Positions 57,541 to 64,000 of a stretch of 64,000 bases of DNA are shown here, piece by piece. The first letter of the stretch is position 1. Every line of letters starts with the position of its first letter. The notes under the pieces were generated by a model that worked only from the letters and a program-made list of their open reading frames with translations, ran no database searches and was not told the origin of the DNA. The stretch is taken from NCBI RefSeq assembly GCF_009914755.1, contig NC_060942.1; one strand, given 5' to 3'. Source of the DNA: the human T2T-CHM13v2.0 reference genome, Homo sapiens. Position numbers and translations under genes: made by a program.

Positions 57541-59903
57541 GTGTCTTTTACAGATAAAGAGACTGGAGTTTTGAGATTTGGATCAACTTTCTTAAAAAGG
57601 CAATGGGCCAAACAAAGATACTACATGTTAAAAACGGCTAGTGATGTGATACTTCTTTTAGCCAATAGACAGTAAAACATTTTAAGGGATTCTGAAGAAC
57701 TCTACATGCTGTAGCTGTACTACATATACATGCAACACACACATAATCTTTCCCCCCTCACACACTAACAAAATTCAGATCTCCCAAATAGAGTTTTCAA
57801 ACTTCATGCAAATTATCTGGATTCTTATACTCACCTCTTTTTATAGAAGAAATTTTTGAAGTATATTAGGCTCATTGAAAGAAAAACAGAAAGAGGAACA
57901 TAAGAGAAGAAGGGAGAGATAAAAGAAAACAACGGAAATTAGGAAAGGAGAGGGTGAGAGTTAGTGGACACAAGAATAAAAGGTACTGGCTCTGTAGTGC
58001 TTAGAGGGTCTACTATATGCTAAAAGCTTTACAAATATGTTATCTAATTCGACAACAACCTAGCAAAATACACACTGTTTTCGCTATATTTTTGATGAGG
58101 ATAATGAAGTGAGAGAAGAGATTTATACCAGGCTAAACAAAAATAGGAGAGCCAGAATTCCAATTTGTTTTGTCAGTTTCCAAAATATCAGTCTCTCCTC
58201 ACGCAGCATGCTCTCCGGGCACTCTCCACCGCCTCTTCTTTGCTCTCTGTCTCAGTGTCCCAGACTTAAAATTTGATGGTATTGATCATCTCATCCTCTC
58301 AGTCCTGTGGAAATTTAATCCACACCCATCTCTTTTTGTTTCTCCATATTTTGGGAATAAAATAGGAAAAGAAAAAAGAAAGGAATGAAAAGCTCACAAG
58401 CCTATAATATATAGAAGGAATTGACCATACAAAGTGATATAAAATTTAAAATAATAGAATCTTAATAAAATAAAAAGGAATAGGTATTGCAGAAGAATAC
58501 TGAGAACTGTAGTATGATATCAAGTAAGGGAGAGACTTGTAGTCACTAGTATCTGTCATTGTGGCTTATAAAAGTATTTATGCAGAGAAATACAGTGACT
58601 AGTGCCAAATATACAACCAACAGAAGTGTCATTAATCATCTTTTTTTAATCCTCTTGTGGATCAACATTATAAATTAAAACAAGTCTTTCTTCAACAACA
58701 ATTTCCCGTGGGACATTTGCCCACAGTGAGGTACAATCACCAAATGCCGTCCTTCAACTCATATACCCTTCCCATTTTCCTGGACCTTGCCCTTTTCTGG
58801 ATTTTGCAACGAACCTATTTAAGTCAGATCTGACACTCAGATAGTTGTCTTCTGTCTCATGCAGCCAAAAATTGGTCCAACATCCCAGCAAAACTATATA
58901 TATACCCCGGTTCTAAGAACAATTTCAGTGTACGACCACTAATTTTTTCTTCAATGTTTATTCAGGTGACAAAAACAGAAATTGTTTCAATGTGGGTTTG
59001 ACAATTACTTTATATGTTTGTGAACATTTCTTAGGAGAGGGTTAACATACGGAGGATGAAGAGATCCTTTAGTTCAAGAAGTGGGATTTCTTTCCACTGT
59101 TCCTGGAGGCACGATGTGGATCCTGGAAGCCAGGGAAGGAGCCATTTTGGTTTTCTTCTTGTTAAGTCTTACCAAACATTTTTCAATTAATCAGTCTATT
59201 TAAAAATGTACATTTGTTTTTCACCTCTTGTTGGTGGGCTTGTTTAATTAAATCTTGTACTTCTCTTAGATACTTCTTACCTAAAATAATTTGGGGTCGT
59301 TCTGTTATTCTCTATGTTCTCAAATCAAACTATTTAATTTTACTTATTTTATTTTATAATAAATTAATACAAGATAATAGATTCAGAATAGAAGACAACT
59401 GAGTTTCCTCCACAAGTTTTTGAAGCATGACATTTCAGTATCATTCTTCAATTTTTTTAAAATTTGTATTCTAGTTGATGTTTGTTAGAGAAAATTTATT
59501 GTTTTCCAAATATTCTATTTCTGAAAACATTGAGTGGTTAGGATCAAATTTTCTAATAGTGCTAGGTTAAATAATCATTATAATTGGAGAATAAAATACT
59601 TATTCCTCAGAAATTGTTCAGTTTCTGTTAACTATGTATTTTGAATTGTCATAGAGATGTTGTCTTGCACAAAATTGGTTTTCTTGTGTACTACATGTAT
59701 GAATATGTACAGTGGCCTTGAGGCTATAAACTCAGGGTCTTGTTAAAAGGTATGTAATTGGTATATATGTTAGAGATACTATTGCATATGTAACACAGTC
59801 TACAAGAATTTTCATAGTAGCGTTACTGAGAATAGTATGAGAAGAAAAACGCTTAACTATCCAAATATTCAGCAGTAAAATAATAGATTAATACATTGGA
59901 GTA

Positions 59904-60208
59904 TATAATCCCAGCACTTTGGCAGGCCAAGGCAGGTGGGTTGCTTAAGCCCAGGAGTTTGAGACCAGCCTGGACAACATATTGAAACCCTGTCTCTACA
60001 AAAAAAAAAAAAAAAAAAAAAATACAAAAATTACCTGGGCTTAGTGGTGCGGGCCTATAGTCACAAATTACCTGGGAGGCTGGGGTAGGAGGATGACTTG
60101 AGCCTGGGAGGCAGAGGTTGCAGTAAGCAATAATAGTGCCACGGCACTCCAGCCTGGGTGATGGAGGCAGATCCTGTCTCAAAAAATTAAAGAAATAAAA
60201 ATTTAAAA
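59904..60208 (+). mobile_element. AluJ, slightly 5'-truncated, with expanded middle A-run
   Basis: TSD attggagta at 59895 and 60209. Confidence 0.9.
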
Positions 60209-61005
60209 ATTGGAGTACATCACACAAGAAGATACCAGAAGCATTAAAAATAATGTATGCTGTATACTATTAATACTGCATCATAAATGAATTTCAGAAA
60301 AAATAAAATCAAGTAAAAAATTATCTAAACACTACATATGTATTATGAATAAACTTTACTGCAAGAAATCAACACATCATTTAGGATACATATGTTAGTT
60401 TAAACATCATACATGGAGGGTATTATAAAACTGAAGTCAAGGTAGGGTGTGTCAATGTTTGCAGGACAGGAATTGGAATTGGGAAGGGGAACGCAGGAGC
60501 GAGGATCGTGGCAGCAGTGTTATGGTACGAACATTAATTTCTAGATGAACTGTGTGCACTTTATTATTAATATGTTTAAAGTTACTGAGATATTACAATT
60601 ATTCTTTGATATGTATGAATCTTACATAGCTAAAATTGTTAAAATATTTATCAACATAATATTCAGCAAACTCAGCTGATGTACAGTATCTACCAAATTT
60701 GATGTTTAAATATGGCATAAATGTAACTAGATACTTTTCAAAAAGGTAAATATGAAGCATAATTATTTCACATTAAAAATAAAGCAATTTTTAAAACCAA
60801 CTAGGAAAATAATAACTGATATTAACCAAAAATCTCAAGTAGATTTTATGTGTATACATATTTATACATGTATGTAGGCAGTCATAGGTACATATTTTTC
60901 TCTATGTATTTAAAGAGGAGTATATCTTTGTAATAAAATAACAACTTATTATAACTCTTACTAGTTGTAAACTGGTGGTAACATGAAGTCATAAATCAAT
61001 GTGGG

Positions 61006-61363
61006 TGATATGGTTTGGATTTGTCTTCCTGCCCAAACCTCGTGTCGAATTGGAGGAGGGGCCCAGTGATTGGATCCCGGGGGTGGTTTCCTCCACGCTG
61101 TTCTTGTGATAGTGAGTGGTTCTCTTGCCATCTGATGGTTTGAAAGTGTGTGACATTTTCCCCTTTGCTCTTTGTCTCTTGTCTCCACAGGAAGGTGCTT
61201 GCTTCCCATTCCCTTCTGCCAGTATGGTTAAGTTTCCTAAGGCCTCCCAGTCAAGTTTCCTGTTAAGCCTGTGGAACTGTCAATCGATTAAACCTCTTTT
61301 TTTTCTCATAAATTACCCTGTCTCAGAGAGTTATTTACAGCAGTGTGAAAACAGACTAATACA
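61006..61363 (+). mobile_element. THE1-type MaLR solo LTR
   Basis: tgatatggtttgg...gcagtgtgaaaacagactaataca, 358 bp, perfect 5-bp TSD gtggg. Confidence 0.92.
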
Positions 61364-61399
61364 GTGGGTTTGAGATTCTTTTTACTATTTTCTGAGTAA

Positions 61400-64000
61400 T
61401 TCAAGTATCTATTTTTATGAATAACCTCTTCATAGACAGTAGTTCTCTGTTATTTTGGTCAATTTGCTTACAACACTATAGATTCATCGTAAACCCTTAA
61501 TGTGTTTGGGAAATACCCTCTAACTATTTTTTTATTCCTAAGAAGTGTTGCGACTATTCTTTACTATTTGTTTATCTATAAATTTTAAAATAAGCTTTAA
61601 AATATTCATCATAATTTTACTAAAATTGTATTAAATATGTAGGTAAATCAGGAAAGATTTATTTTATTTATGATATAGAATTTCTGTTTAGATTTGTGTA
61701 AGCCTCCTTAAATATTAAGTTTTATTTAATATATTATAAGAAGTTCTTACTGTTTTCTAAAAAGTTCTGGCAAACTGATCACTACAATATTTCTTGATAC
61801 CTTATATTTGTTATTGTCACTTTTTCCCACTGTTGCTGCTATAGCTCTGTTCAAATGTTTTTCTAAATGTCTTTTCCTATTGTATAGAATGGAAATTTAT
61901 ATCAGTATATTGAACTCATATCCAGTAATTTTTAAAACTCTTTTTACACTTTGGGTGAAAAAGATCTGCAATTTGTACCTAAACACAATTTTCGTTTTTC
62001 CATCCCAATGAATAAATCTCTTAAACCACTTTTATTGTATTATTGCACTGACCAGAAACTTCAGTGCAGTGTGGAATACAGTTAGTGGTGGTGGACATCC
62101 TTTTCTTTTTCCTATTTTTAGTATAATTGCTTCTAGCATTTCTCTATGAAGAATGAAAACATTTCTATTCTATTTTTTTGCTGAGAGTTTGGCCAGAGTT
62201 AGATCTTTACTAAACCTCTTGAATTGATTACAAACTTGGTTAATTTAATATGTTAATGTGGTAAATGATATTTGTAGTTCTTCAAATAGGAAGCTACTTT
62301 GCATTAGCAAGACAAAGAGAGCTTAGATAACATATACTTTCTTAATTATATAGTGCTAAATTTGTTTTGCTAATGTTGTGATTATGGTTTTTACATCGGT
62401 GTTTTAGATGAGAATGCCTGTATTTTTTGTTTGTTTGCTTGTTTTTTATGTCAATGTATCAATATCCTATTAGAATGAATTCGAACATATTTTTTCTCTT
62501 TCAATTTTCAGGAAGGTTTTGGTAGCATTCACCTGAATAAACATCTGGGCCTCCTTTTTACAGAATTTTTTAGAATCTAATGATTCAGTTGTAATTATTT
62601 GTGCTGGACTTATTCAGGCTTCTTCTCTCACTCACTCAGTTGTTATGGGTTAATTTTTCTAATTTATGTGTTTACCACAACTTCCTGATGTAGTAACAAA
62701 GTTATTCAGTGTTTTTTCAAGCTTTTTAAACCTGGCATATGTTGTGATGCTCCCATTTTAGTTTTAGTGTTTTCACCTAAAATGTTTTTCAATCAACAAC
62801 TTCAGAGTACCAAGGTTTGGCGATGTTAAACCTCTTTATTGCGTTGTGATTTGTTATTGTATATTAATTTTAAGATTCATGCTTAGCTAATTTAACTTTT
62901 AGCCTTTAAATATTTTATGAACATTTTAGGCTATAACATATCTGCATTCCACATTGTATATAGAGAATCTTTTCTGTTATGTTTCACTTATAAATGAATG
63001 AAAATATGAAAATTTACATTTTCATAACTGTTCAACTTATAATAGATTTAGAATGTTTTAAATGTACCAAGTGCATGGGGTTTACTGTGTTTTAGTTCAT
63101 ATTGGTCATTTGCATTAGTATTCTATTTAGTGATTGTAGGCTCTATGATACATCTTTGTAAATATATTTTACACATATGAGAACATGTGATTTGAAGGTT
63201 CAGATTCACATTATGTATGTAAAAGTCTATACGGGTGTAAATCAAGGTTAATTCAAATACTAATATTATTTTTGTGTATCAAAATTAAGAAAAACACTTG
63301 TAATATCTCATAGTGTTGGTGGATTTAGTTACACTAGTCTGAAATTTTCCAACACATTCAATAATTGCTTTAGCTATTTTAGGTTCTAAATTTTAAAAAT
63401 TTTCTTTATAAATTTAAAACTTTACTAAAATGCACTTATCCTCTTCACCCAAAATTCTGCTTTTGTTTCTTAAAATTTATGATTTCTAATATTAATATAA
63501 ATGTATAAAATCTGTTTTTTAAAAATGTTTTTCTTCCTTGTTTCTTTATGTTTTAGGTGTGTCTCTTATAAACAGCACAAATTGGATTTTGGCTGCTTCT
63601 TCTTCTTCTTTTCTTTTTTTTTTTTTTCAATAGAGTTTTGCCATGTTGCCCAGACTGGAGTGCAGTGGCCATTCACAGATACAATCATAGCACAATACAG
63701 TTTCAAACTCCTGGGCTTAAGTGATCCTCCCACCTCAGTCTTCTGTGTACCTGGGACTACAGGTGCATGCTACTGTGCCCAGCTCTGGATTTTGTTTTTT
63801 ATTCAATCTGATTTACTTAGTGATTTTATGTTTACATTTATTAGTTACTAGTTTTTCTACCAGCTTACTTTTTGCACCCTATTTTTTCTATTTTTCCTGG
63901 ACTTATTTTTTCTTTCTTGAGTTATATCTTATATTGTAAGGCGTGAGTTTGTTTCCTTGATTTTCTTCCTATTTTTCTTGCAAACTTTTGAATCGCTGTA
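61400..64000 (-). mobile_element. Degenerate L1ME-like fragments
   Basis: ttattgcactgaccagaaacttcagtgcagtgtggaat; ctgaataaacatctgggcct antisense ORF2-like motifs. Confidence 0.55.
63595..63783 (-). mobile_element. FAM (fossil Alu monomer)
   Basis: gcagtggccattcacagatacaatcatagcacaatacag keeps the 7SL-like segment diagnostic of FAM; TSD tggattttg. Confidence 0.8.

Overview
AT-rich, gene-poor primate (very probably human) genomic DNA. It is dominated by interspersed repeats: Alus from FAM/FLAM through AluJ/S/Y, old L1M fragments, MaLR/ERVL LTRs, hAT MER elements and a near full-length HSMAR2 mariner. I see no intact, recognisable protein-coding gene, and the supplied ORFs are almost all Alu/L1/low-complexity or chance ORFs. 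The one confidently recognised gene-derived sequence is a 5'-truncated RPL31 processed pseudogene (3685-3870, minus strand), which the ORF track misses. I could not name the locus. The most unusual structures are: (i) a ~230-bp non-Alu inverted duplication (18235-18461 vs 19974-20207) whose left copy sits between (CA)n and (TG)n tracts; (ii) a 26-bp tandem amplification in an ERVL-type LTR that gives five TACGTG HIF-type motifs; (iii) plus-strand candidate micro-exons at 8.1-15.2 kb; and (iv) several template-switching or fold-back scars. Repeat subfamily calls come from recalled consensus sequences, not a database search, and repeat boundaries are approximate unless target-site duplications (TSDs) are given.
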